The notes under the pieces are model-generated. The model ran no database searches and was not told the origin of the DNA. It worked only from the letters and a program-made list of their open reading frames with translations. From Hydrolagus colliei (Eukaryota), in assembly GCA_035084275.1 (NCBI GenBank), contig CM068749.1, positions 16,740,001-16,804,000 on the forward strand: DNA of 64,000 nucleotides, written 5' to 3'. Position numbers and translations under genes: made by a program. Each line of letters begins with the position of its first letter. The first letter of the stretch is position 1. This document shows positions 1-11,487 of this stretch, piece after piece.

Positions 1-104
1 TAATGTTTTAGACTGTATTATGCAGAGAACATACTTTGGCTGTCATTTGATAGTGTGTTAAAATAGCAACGGTGCATTGAGTGCATCGAAACCAGGAGAC
101 TAAC

Positions 105-3100
105 CTTCATTAACTCTTCTTCCCGAATTCTTCCACTTTGCTCTTCTTCCTTGTCTGTCAATCGAATTACCTTTGAAGCTGCCTTGGATCCTGTCTGTAT
201 TTCCAGCACGATTTTTTCAATTTCTGACTCCGAGCGAACTGGAAAGAACAGGTTTATTGTAAATCATATGTTGCCACCAATATGTAATGCCTCATTGCTG
301 GAAGTGAAAATGTCTCATTGGGGGTTCAAGTCACATGTCAGGACTTGGAGCTCATATAGTCTAGGCTGACACTCCAATTCATTGCTGGGGTTTGCTGCAT
401 TGATGGAGGTACCATCCTTTGGATGAAATGTTAATCTGAGGTCGTTCAATTCATGGCTGTTTGTGGGCCAAAGCTGTGCGCAAAATGTTTCCATCTCATC
501 CCAAAACGCACAGCCATTCCACTTTACAGTATATCGTATGAAGCGCTTTGAGATGGTTTCCTGACGTGAAAAGGCGCTATAGCAAATGTACAAATTATTT
601 TGTCTTTACCTGGTTTGACGGTTACATTAACAGCATGCTGGCCAATGAGTCGGTACAATAGACAATTTCTGATGAAGGCAGTGCTTTTCATTCTAGCATC
701 TAGACAAACTGCTAGTCCAAATTTAGTTGTTTTTAAACAGGTGTAATACGTCGAGGTAGATGGAGTACGTGGTTGCTGCTCTTCAGAGGATGACATTTCT
801 GGAGATATTGTTTCCGGAGACATGTGCATCTGCAAAGACACAAGAAAATGTAACTCCATTGAAATAGGAAAACATTTTTAATACTTTTGTTTTACTATTA
901 TGCTAGGCATCTTAATATCACGTGTTTTCCATTTCAGCAATAACTATCCCTAAAAACGGAATCATCAAAACAAATTCATTGTACTGCAGAGTTGCACGGG
1001 AATTTAAACCTCAATCCCTCTGCCTCACTCTCCATCCTACAGTCACTTCACTTTGCTTTCTCCCTTGCCTCCTTCATGGCTGGCCTTAAGACATTCCTTT
1101 TCGATCGTGCCTTAAGCCGCTTTCCCACCTCTCTCCCTCCCCTCCCCATTACTCTGCCTCTCCTCATGCTTGGTTCCCGAACCCCTGACTATTCAGCGCC
1201 TTGGGATGTCCTTCTGACATGAAAGGCGCCATACAAGTGTAATTTTGTTGTTCTTGTAGGTTTAAAACAAAGGAAAGGCACTTACAATGCTTCCTCTAGA
1301 CTCTTGTGTTGTGCGTTGTGATTTGAATTCTTGCTTTGTAATACTGGCTTCACTTGTTATAGGTAAAATGGGGGTCATTTTTGCTGCAGACAACTCCTCA
1401 ATATTTCTTGAAACAGCAAAAACCTGGGAACTACATGTTAAATGTTAAATATGAGACACCTAATGATTACAATCAAAGCTCAGTTGGTAGAAATTGATAA
1501 AAAATTGGCAACCGTTATGCAATATGATAAAATAGATTTTTCTTAAAAATTTTAGCCATTCATGGCGACTCAGAAATTATTCATTTGTATAGCCATTGAA
1601 TCATTTTTAAAAAAAAGTCAATAGAATCGAAAGAAAATCAGAAAAAAAATATTTTCATGACTTCGAGTTAAAGGTTATATTATGGAAGATATTATTATTT
1701 ACCTCAAAGATATCACTCTGCGCACCTCTACAGATGGTTTACTCTCAATCTTGAGATTTCTTTCCCTTATATTTATTTTTGCTGCTACATTTATAGGTTG
1801 ACTTATACGGACTCTTGTTTGGAGTTCGACTCCTGCCTGGATGAAGCGAGTATTGATTCCCATGACTGCTTTTGTGAATGTAACCACACTGAAAAACAAC
1901 ACAGAGAACATTAAGTGAAACAAATTTAATAATCTATCCATTTGCATCCTTGAAAATGTATAATGAACGGAAAGCCCACTGTAGACATCAAAAATTACAT
2001 CTCTTAATAATATTTAACCTTTTTCTAAAATTGATATTTTCTGTGAGGATTTGTTTAAAAAAAGAACCATTGTGGTGAAATACATACCTTGGGGTGACGT
2101 CTAGTTGAATGTTGGCACTCACCAATTCAGAAATTCTTGATAAGGAGGAAGGAGTTGTCTCTGCTTGAACTGTTTGAGAGAAGGGAGTATAAAGGATGAG
2201 TCCTCACCCTTGTTTTCAAATCCTTCTGCTGCTCTGCACCCCGCTACTGCTCTGACCTCCCCTCTCCTCAAACCAGCTCCCGTTGCCTTCGCTCCATTGG
2301 GTCTAGCTTCCTCCACGTCTCCTGAATCCTCCGCTCCACCCTCGGCGGCCGGGGCTTCAGCCACTACGCCACGAGGCTCTGGAATTCCCTTCCTCACTAC
2401 CTTCGTCTTCCCTCCTTTTTTCTCAGTTTCAGATCCCAGCTGAAGACCTTTCTCTTCAACTGCGCCTTTGGTCACCTTTCTACCCCTGCTCCTGGCTCGG
2501 TCCCGGGATCCGCTATTGAGAAGCGCTCTGAGACACCATCCGGCATGGAGGGCACTATATAAATCGAAGTTGTTGTTGTTGTGTAGAGTTAGTGACAATT
2601 GCTTAATTTCCTGCAACATACCCAGTCGGAGAGAAATGTCTCTTCTAATTCCTGTACTGCTAAAAGAGTTCCAACTTAGCAATTAACGGTTATCCACAAT
2701 GAAGGCTTGCCTGATACTCAACTCAAGTCCACTTCTGACAAGCTACACCTACTCCTTGCCATGCTGGCTGGAGTGAGGAAGAGGAGACGGAGGAACACAC
2801 AGACAGCATTCGTTGAGAGGGCAGTTGCTGTATTATTTGTCCTCCAAACTAAAGAATGAACTGATCAATGAAGGGTCATTCAGATAAATAAAATGGGGAT
2901 AGAAGCAAATATTACCATTGATTTTGGCCACTCCAACAGCAGAAGTAATCAAGGAGAGTTCCATGGGTAGACCGAGGCCTGTAGGTACAACACGTCGCAC
3001 CTCAGCTAATAGCAATGCTTTAGAAGGACGTGCTTTAATCCCCCTTTGGAGTTGTTCTGCATATCTCTTGAGTTGGTTTTGAAGTGAAGTGCCGACGGAC

Positions 3101-6100
3101 TGTGAAAAAGATGTAGTAATAAGAATGATTAGACTATATATAAAGTCTATAAAGAATTCTGCACCCGTCATCTTCATTTGGATGTACACTTTACAAATCA
3201 TATCTTATAAGGCTGTCTGGTACCTGAGTGACTTGTTGGATGTCATCCCTTCGGAGTTCAACGAAAGCAATTTCTTGGCCAAATAGTTTGAAGTATGTTG
3301 AGGCTAGCGGTACTTCTTCAGGCAATGATTTCCATCCTGAAAGCTGTGGGGAAAAAAACATTGTAAATGAATGAACAAATGTTAAAAATGAAAAATTCAC
3401 AAAACCTTAACCAGGGACAGAATCTTTGTAGAACAAATGATACTGCTGGATTGTTCTTACCATTTTTAAAATACGCTGAATCTTTTCAATATTCGGTCTA
3501 CCACTGAATGTTATTTTATTTCTCAGTAGGGCTTCCTGAAGACCTTCTACTCGCAAGCCAACCTTGGTGGATTGAACAAAAAAAAAAAATTTTTCAAAGA
3601 AAAATCCATGCAGATATGGTACATTCATGGAAAAGTTAAAGATGCGTTTCAGATAGAATTAGTTTGTTACCTCCACAAGATCTACTGAAGAGCCAAGGGC
3701 ATGACCTCGAACTTTGGCCAAAATTGATGTTGGTATGGCACTGCCAGCTCTGTTCATTAGAAGCACTTTAGCAGCTGCTCCTGTCATCAGATTATCTGAA
3801 CAAGAAAGATACATTGAATTACCCAGTTCTTGTGGTTTATTAAGCAAAATTAAATTCCAGCTAGCGAAAAGTTGCAACAGTCATTGAATCATCAAATAAC
3901 ATTTGAACCAAAGTCAATGACTTGTTTGGTTTACGATCCACCTTTAATTTAAATAAATATGTAGTATAAATATGTATTGTAATAAACATGTACATCAAAT
4001 AGAATCTATTCGATATTTGATGAACAACAACACTATGGAGAAAATATACTGATCAAAACGTGCTGTGGACATAATAGGGTAACAAACCGGATGATCTAAA
4101 CTCTTAGCTGCTTCAACTGTAGCTATAATATTTTCATTTACAAACGTGCCATTACAGTACTTACATCTAAACATATCAGTACGGAAGACCTTGCTGTATC
4201 GGGCACCAAGTCGGTCAAGTTTGGGACTTAACAATTTGACAGCCACATTGCAGGCAGCAGCCCTGTTAAAATAAATGGTAGTTGGATTACTGCATTGACT
4301 CAGTAATGTCCACTGCAAGGTGTTTGCTTCACTTTTGGAGGCATCTTTTGGGTAAGGTGTTGATGTTGAACTGTCTGTCAGTTCTCACTGTTCAAGCAGA
4401 GAAGGGAATTTCCCCTGGTTTAAAAAAATAGACTTGGTGATCATGACTATTTGCGGGACCCTGATCTGTACATATGGCTGCTGTACTGTATTTCCCTCAC
4501 AAAGTGACTAAGGAGACAGTAATAACTGGCGAAGTGTTATCAGACATTTCAAAACTGCTACAGCTAGTCAATAGCACTTTTGATTGCTTTGCTACCTTGA
4601 AGCAAATGCAAACCCCAGGGAGAGCATGTTAACCATCCAGGAGACTATCTGTTAAATAGGATAACCATGTTGTGAGCCTGAAGAGGTTGAAAAGAGGATG
4701 ACTACACCGTAAATTAACCCTTACATTTTTTGGCACCTAACTACACTAAGCTAATTGTTAATTATCACCAACATGTTTTCATTAAAATCTGTAAATACGT
4801 ACACTGAATTGAGAGAGGGAAGTGAGCTTCTTGACAGAGCTTTCATGTGTGAATATGTGAAGCTGGCAACCTGTAAGCTGGTCTCTTGTAGCAGAGAATC
4901 CGCTACCACTGCTACTAAAGCTAAACTAGGTTGGGTAGAGAACAGCACTGCACAAGCCATCATTCGGACTTCAGGGTGATTCCTTCGGTTCATAAATATC
5001 TGCATGGTAATCTCTTGCGCCTGTCTCAAAAGAAAGAAAATGATAATAATAAATAATCCTTGCATTTGATATAGCGCTTTTCACATCTTATCGACGTCTC
5101 AAAGCACTTCACAGAATATACCGTAAAGTGAATTGATGGCCACTATACTACAGCAGTACCGTGACAGACTACTAGATCCAGTATAACAAATGTTATTATA
5201 TTTATTTTTTAAATTAGGTGTGCAGATATGTAATGTACATATCATAGAATCATAGAATTTTACAGCACAAAAGGAGGCCATTCGGCCCATCGTGTCTGTG
5301 CCGGCTCCTTGAAAAGAGCTTTTCAAAGTCAATCCCACTCCCCGGCTCTCTCCCCTTAACCCTGCAAACATGTCCTCCTCAAATAACCAACCACCTCTCT
5401 TTTAAAAGTTGTTATTAAATCGGCCCCCACCAATTTTTCAGGCAATGCATTCTAGATTCGAACAACTCGCTGCATGAAAACATTTCTCCTCATGTCCCCT
5501 CTGTTTCTTTTAGAAAATATTTTAAATCTATGACCTCAACCCACTGATACACCCACCTGTTTACCCTATTGAATCCGCTCATGATTTTGAAAACTTCTAT
5601 TAGGTCTCCTTTTCATATATGATATTAAAAAATTCACTAACAGAAACATTTGTTAATTTATTCTGTATAAAAAAAGGAATTTTTTTTATGGTGTGTGGAT
5701 TAATAGATGTATGTTAGGTTATAGGTTTTTGAAAGCTTTAACAAGACGAATTTAGTCAAATTAACCTTAGTAGTTTTTTTAACTGAAATAAAAGGAATGC
5801 TTGTCTTGCCTTTCGTGGGTCTCTCCTTGCAATGTTACGCAGCGAAGCTACAGCATCAACCTGAATCTTTAGTGGGAGACTGGATGCTGCACTGCCAAAG
5901 CCAGGCAAGAATTTCTGAATGCGTTTTATGCTTATTGACTGTCCAGCATTACCGACTGCTTTGAGGCCAAGAACAATCTCCTGTTCGTGGGAACGACTGC
6001 CAGCATCGGCAAGCAGATCATGGAGTGGCTGGAACAAAAAAAAACCTCTGTGAGACATTCGTACAAACCATATAATACAGATCATTTCTCATATTATTAA

Positions 6101-9100
6101 ACCACATCATGTTACCTGCAGGACATCTTCAGGGCAGGATTGTCGCTCTGCGCAGAATCTGTACACCACAGAACCATATCCAAGAAGTACAATTTTGCGA
6201 AGGATGGGAGATTGTCTTATTTGATCAATGGCGAGGAGTTCCTATACAGAAGAGACACAGAGGAGATTAATCTTTACTTTTCTCATCTGACACCTCTAAC
6301 AATTGAGCACTCCCCAGCAATGCATCAGAGTGTCAGCCTAGATTCTGTTCCATACTCACTTTAGCAATAGGCATGCTCTGTCGGTCGGCTTTGAGTTGTT
6401 GCATTGCAAGAACCAAAACCTGAGCTGCTTCAATGGTTCTGATTTCCGAACTTTGAATTTTGCGTTTGAGCAATCTCAGGGTGTCAGCTGTTCCTGCTGC
6501 GGGAAGTGCTTCCAAAAGCCATTGTCTACATCTAGGAAATAAAGTGAGAACATTTTATTTCTATTCCTCTCACTCCACCGTGTATCCTTTTTTTCCCGCA
6601 AGTGTGTGGGTGGATGGAGTGTCTGGGACTACTTTAAGTTTTGGGGGGAATTTTGCAGTCATGAAAACAGATGATGGGGAATGGTTTCCACCTTTAATAC
6701 ATGGACATTAATCATTTAATAGGCAAACATACTGCAGTTGCTGTGCAGTGTAAAGATTATCATAGTTGTTCAATCAATTCTATGTATTCCAGCAACAGAA
6801 AATAAATCTGCACCCAGCTTCTTTTATAAGAGATTCTACTTTCCTTATATGAGATTGTCAGGTCAATGAAGATTTTAGGGGATTATGTACGATACAACTA
6901 CATTGATACAGATACATGGGGCACTAGATTGCGCAGATTTGTATAATCTTGGAAAATAGGTTGTGTTGTTATTCACTGCTCTAACTTGTACAAGGGGAAG
7001 TCAAATCATCATCAAAAACTTGGTTAGTTGCATTCTCTTTGAGTTCTTGATATAAAAATAATTGCTCCACAGGCACTACACAGCTAAACATCTATCCTGA
7101 CATTGATCTTAGATTTTACAATTAATGTCACTGTGATTAATTAGTTACCTGTATTCCTCTGTATCGTGCCTGCCCATTGCGTTTGAAAATCGCTTCCAAG
7201 TTTTTGCAACTGTTTCAAATGAGGCAAGTCGGAGAAGCTGGATAAGTTGAAGAAATTTATCTGGAGCGTCCATTCGGACCTCCTGTTGGTTGTATTGAGC
7301 CAGGTATCTCAAGATGTTAACGATCTATAGAAAGTAGGAAAGTGTAAGATATGAAGGTTTAAAATGTGAGGGTCACACAGCATATCCTAAAGTACAAATA
7401 TTATTGGAAATATTTACCTGTGCCTCTAGATTATCGTATTTCAGCAATTGAATTGGCTTCTGGAGTACACTATGGTCGGTAGTGTATTTCAAACTTCCAC
7501 GGGGCATCAATTTAACCTGTGGCACGGGCACAGCTTCTGCTCTGATATCATCTAAGATAAGGTTTTGCCTGCAAAGAAAAATATTGCATTGATATTTTGT
7601 ATTGATAAACAAAAAACACAAAATGCAGCCGATGCTGGAAATCTGAAACAAAAATAGAAATCGCTGGGAACACTCAGCAGGTCAGGCAGAAACTATGGAG
7701 AATGGAAAAGTGAATCAACGTTTCGGGTCCAAGACCCTTCATCAGAATTCATAAACATTTAAATGGAAATATGAGTGAGAATTTGTTTCTTTGGGATGCA
7801 GCTCCTTTTAGTAGATTCAGGTGAACTGGAATCGTTCGGAATTCTAAAGTCTAAAATTGTTTATGTACATGGATTTAAAAATGCCACATTATAGAAATAG
7901 TGAGAAATGAATACTGTAAAATAAAGTAAGAGAAGTCATAAAAACTGGTAAACTCTCCACTTTTATTCTAAATCAATGGAGAAAATCTGCACTCGATGTG
8001 AGTGAGCTCTGCCTATGACTCATGTGATGCATTCAATGCTTAAGTTGTAATTGAACTATATACTGTACTTAGGGCAGGCTGTATGTTGTTTATTTCAACC
8101 TGGACTCGAAATAGTACATCAACAATTCCTGTTTCTGTTTGCTGATTCTTGCAAGAGATGTCAGTGAGTTCAGTGTGAAACTTGGCTGCCTTTCCTCCAA
8201 TAATGAAGTAGCCAAAGCTTACATTGTCTAGACTCATGAAAACTGGGCAGTGTACCTGAGCACAACTAATATATGTGGCATCTCCTGTCTCATCAGTTGG
8301 CAGAGGAGAGGAAGGAAGTTGAAGGGGTTTAAAAACAAGATAATGCAATTCAATTGTAAGATATTAATAATCCAAGCATCAAACACTTACTTTGCCTCCA
8401 AAATAGCACTTCCATCACGTTCATGGAATGGCGTGAATTGATGCAATTCCTGTGATCTAGCTTCAATAATGAGAGCACCGGATGATTTTGTGGGTTTCAG
8501 AAGTTGGGTAATAGCTACAGTACCTCGGAGATTCTTGCCTCTCTAAAGACAGAAAAAAAAAAAAATTTGCAAAATGTACTGAAGAAAGTATATCAGAGTA
8601 GTTCGTCATGGCCCTATTAATTTACCATCTATCATAAGTCAGGTAACTATAATAATAAAACTGACTGTGGCATTTGATATAGTGTCTTATCACATTGTTG
8701 AGACATCTCAAAGCCCTTCACAGGATACACTGTAAATTGGATTGATTGCATTTTGCGGGTGAAATGTGGCAGCCAATTTACACACAGCAGTGTCCCATAA
8801 GCAACCACGAAATGAGTAACCAATTATATTTGGGGAACTTGTTAGGTAAAAAATCAACAGCTTCGCCAAATAAAATGATGTAAAAATCAGTGCCACAGTC
8901 GAAATCAGCGCACTGGCAAACAACAACAATCTGAGAAACTCTATTCTCTTTTTGAATAGTACAATAGGATTTTTAATGTTCACCTGAACAGGCAGAACTG
9001 CAATGCAATACAATGCTCTCCCAGCACTGCTTTGGAATGTCCACCTATGGTATGTCATTCTGCGGTAATTACAGTATAGTTTTACAGGGCTTCATGAATC

Positions 9101-10820
9101 ATATATTTAAGAAATAATCTGGTCCTTAGCTTGAGATATATAGATAACATAAAACATCGAGAACAAACTCAAAATAGCATGTTTACCTGTTGACAAGTAG
9201 GGCAGGGTAGTGCATAAGCCACACCAATTTGTTGAATGGCCCTGTCCTGACAATTGCTCAAATCCTTTGATTTTGTTACGATAATCTGGTTGGCCTTACT
9301 GTCTTGTTGAAGTATATATCTTGTAAGGCAGATGCCTTCAATTCCAGCCTGGTGGGTGGGAAAAGCAAAATGGTTTATTGTAAGGCTGCATGAATTTTTT
9401 TTTCAGGAATAACCTTGCGGTGAGGCGTGAGGTCTGAACCTTTTACCTCTTGTAACTCATAGACATTTTGTGTCTTCTTAATGGTGATCTGAAGCAAGTT
9501 CAAAATGCCTCTGTGGATGTTGAGAATATTATCTGGCAAGGTTTCAGGGGCGTCGATTCTTCCAACTCGGCCATTGATGTATTCAAACCTCACAGGTCTG
9601 GTCAGGTCTGCTGCCAGTTTCTGTGACAGTTTACTTGTTGTAGGTAATGGTACACTGGGTGCAATGCCATTGAGCTCCTGAATCTGAGGGTCTTTGATCT
9701 GCAATACAAATGAGCCGAAAAGAAAATCATATAAATTCTCAAAGCCGTTCATAGCACTTGAGCAAGACCTACTCTTGCTCAAAACAGACTGTGTGTTTTA
9801 ATGTTTTGATAAATTCAACAGTTCAAGCTAACGTTGATTTAATTGTAAAAATAAAGCGATTTCAATAGTATTTTAGAGGAGCTTTCTAAAAACAAAATGC
9901 AATTTGCCAACTGTAGATGAAATGTCTTGTGAATGCAGAGTGTGGTAACCCCTAAGAATCGCAAAGGATTGTTGTGAAAAATTTTAGTTAACTACACAGC
10001 ATTCTTTACTGTGAGTAATTGATACCACGTAATACAACACAGTGCAAAAAATTAGAACTTTGGTACTTTCCCGTTGGGCTTCTTGCAACTTTACTCAATA
10101 ACACAATAAGCATCCGATATACAAGAGTGACTTCAATCTTTTGTCTCTATAAAGCGCCTTGAGATGTCCTCCCGATGTGAAAGGCACCACATAAATGCAA
10201 AAATTGGTATTGTGTTGCTCCTGATTCCAAAACAAATTGTGCCACTTGGACCCTCAATAAGATTAATTTCTTGTAGGCACTCGCATTATTCATTTATTAT
10301 TTATATTATAAATCATCTTACCATCATCAGATAGGTGGTTTGTGCCAGTGCGCTGATTTGGACTCTGGCAGAGATTTTTACACCTGCTCTGTTCAGACCA
10401 TTTTCTGGAAGCCCAGTCAGAACCACACCATCATACTTGTAAACATAGGTCTGCCTTTCGCTGAAGTTGGGTTGAGAACTCTTTTCACTAGATTGGTCTT
10501 CTGCTAGCAAAACATAATTATATTACAGTATTGATAGGAACACACAGAAATAAACCCATATTGCAAAATATCAGTGTTCAGCAAGTAAAGTTATTCTTAC
10601 CTGTTCTCGACCTGTGACTCCCTGGAATTGAGAAACAAATACAAGTCAGGGAAAATATTCTATTAAATAATCTAAATTTTTTCAATACATTTTTCTAGAT
10701 TTAACACAAAATATTTTTTGAATGCAGTAAAAATAGCTAAACATAGCTACCGGTTCTAAGTAGAACATTTTCCAACTTACCCACGAGGGTTAGACCCAGT
10801 AAGAAAATGATTCCCCTCAT
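105..10820 (-). CDS. vtg: Vitellogenin, left copy (vtg-L); 5' part only (exons 1-22, lipovitellin heavy chain); gene continues beyond base 1
   Basis: ATG at 10820 (MRGIIFLLGLTLVG signal peptide; 40-bp exon 1, 21-bp exon 2). Approximate exons: 10781-10820, 10601-10621, 10322-10503, 9447-9698, 9187-9348, 8391-8543, 7418-7568, 7149-7324, 6360-6525, 6116-6242, 5810-6028, 4801-5020, 4164-4262, 3671-3795, 3461-3562, 3224-3343, 2916-3100, 2088-2167, 1702-1888, 1286-1431, 610-829, 105-238. Vitellogenin motifs: PNFSERQTYVYKYDG..GLPENGL, NIHRGILNLLQITIKKTQNVYELQE, ETSLQVASFTYSHMKAL, PTGLGLPMELS, EKIVLEIQTGSKAASK. Confidence 0.95.
1000..1252 (+). mobile_element. L2-type LINE 3' fragment
   Basis: ..LKTFLFDRA-like end followed by the tail gcgccttgggatgtcc..gacatgaaaggcgccatacaagtgtaattttgttgtt. 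Confidence 0.65.
2200..2584 (+). mobile_element. L2-type LINE 3' fragment in vtg-L intron 17
   Basis: Encodes a GGRGFSHYATRLWNSLP..LKTFLFNCAF-like ORF2 end, a 3' stem-loop region and a (GTT)n tail. Confidence 0.8.
5240..5612 (-). mobile_element. CR1-type LINE 3' fragment
   Basis: atcatagaatcatagaa is the reverse of the (TTCTATGA)n CR1 tail; aggccattcggccc stem; the upstream sequence resembles the CR1 ORF2 C-terminus. Confidence 0.8.
7612..7752 (-). mobile_element. Penelope-like repeat terminal fragment
   Basis: aaaatgcagccgatgctggaaatctgaaac..actcagcaggtcaggcag..aacgtttcgggtc..gacccttcatcagaa resembles a common chondrichthyan repeat (recognised from memory) and contains the hammerhead motif typical of PLE terminal repeats. 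A degraded relative occurs near 12210-12260. Confidence 0.6.
7711..7751 (-). ncRNA. Minimal type-I hammerhead ribozyme motif in a Penelope-like repeat remnant (vtg-L intron 6, sense orientation)
   Basis: The minus strand reads UGAAUU-CUGAUGA-A-GGGUC-UUG-GACCC-GAAA-CG-UU^GAUUCA. This gives both core boxes, a 5-bp stem II, a 6-bp stem I (UGAAUU/GAUUCA), a palindromic ACGU stem III and a GUU cleavage triplet. Confidence 0.7.
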
Positions 10821-10827
10821 GTTGATT

Positions 10828-10945
10828 GGTGAATGGAGGTTTGCTCATTCTGTCATCTCTTTTAAAGCATGAGCTTCTGTACCACGGGACCACTTACGTG
10901 GTAACCTTTGCTGAATAAACCACTTTTGATCAGTATCAAAGTTCA
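10828..10945 (-). promoter_or_regulatory. vtg-L core promoter: initiator ATTCACC (~10834), TTTAAAA TATA variant (10860-10866), HNF4-type CAAAGTTCA (10937-10945)
   Basis: The TATA-like box is ~30 nt upstream of the ATTCACC leader; the block aligns with the vtg-M and vtg-R promoters. Confidence 0.7.
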
Positions 10946-11029
10946 CAGGAGGTAGACATAACATATTTTAATTAAAATAGTTGTCAATTTATCATGGTAT
11001 TTACCAGATGATAAAGGGCCAACTATATA

Positions 11030-11245
11030 CACTAAAAGCCCATTCATCCGTGACCCAATCAACTGTACCCTCCATATAACCGGTACCTCAAAAAAAAGTC
11101 CGCATTCGATTAACCGGAATTTATCTGGCATAATGTATTTTTTCCCCAAAAAAAATTTTGTGTGTGTTTTCGGCTGAATATCCAGCAAGCACTTTAACTG
11201 GCATTGGCCAGGTCCTGAAGGTGCTAGATACATGGGCTTTTACTG
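11030..11245. mobile_element. Non-autonomous Tc1/mariner-pogo (Tigger-like) MITE, ~216 bp
   Basis: TA|cactaaaagcccattcatc ... gatacatgggcttttactg|TA: imperfect TIRs and TA target duplication; a second copy is at 56675-56886. Confidence 0.85.
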
Positions 11246-11358
11246 TATTATAGTTAGATTTTGTTTAATATAGGTTTGTTTAAAGAAACTGTTGAAACTT
11301 TAAAATAAGTTTTAAATTCATGAAAACTGGTTATGTACCTTGGCATGGACCATACGTA

Positions 11359-11371
11359 GGTTATGATGACC
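11359..11371. promoter_or_regulatory. Imperfect estrogen response element (vtg-L)
   Basis: (A)GGTTAtgaTGACC(T), one mismatch to GGTCAnnnTGACC; homologous to 32288-32300. Confidence 0.65.
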
Positions 11372-11474
11372 TGGATAGGTTGTGATCAACGTGTCCTTGC
11401 TGGGACAGTGAATATTGTGGCGTAAGTTTTATTTAATCACAGATTTCACTATCGATTTGTTCGGGTGTAGTTTG

Positions 11475-11487
11475 GGTCAATGTGACA
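11475..11487. promoter_or_regulatory. Imperfect estrogen response element (vtg-L)
   Basis: GGTCAatgTGACA, one mismatch. Confidence 0.55.

Noticed and set aside
2119-2682. 187-aa minus-strand ORF and overlapping plus-strand ORFs
   Set aside because: They derive from a GC-rich L2 fragment in intron 17.
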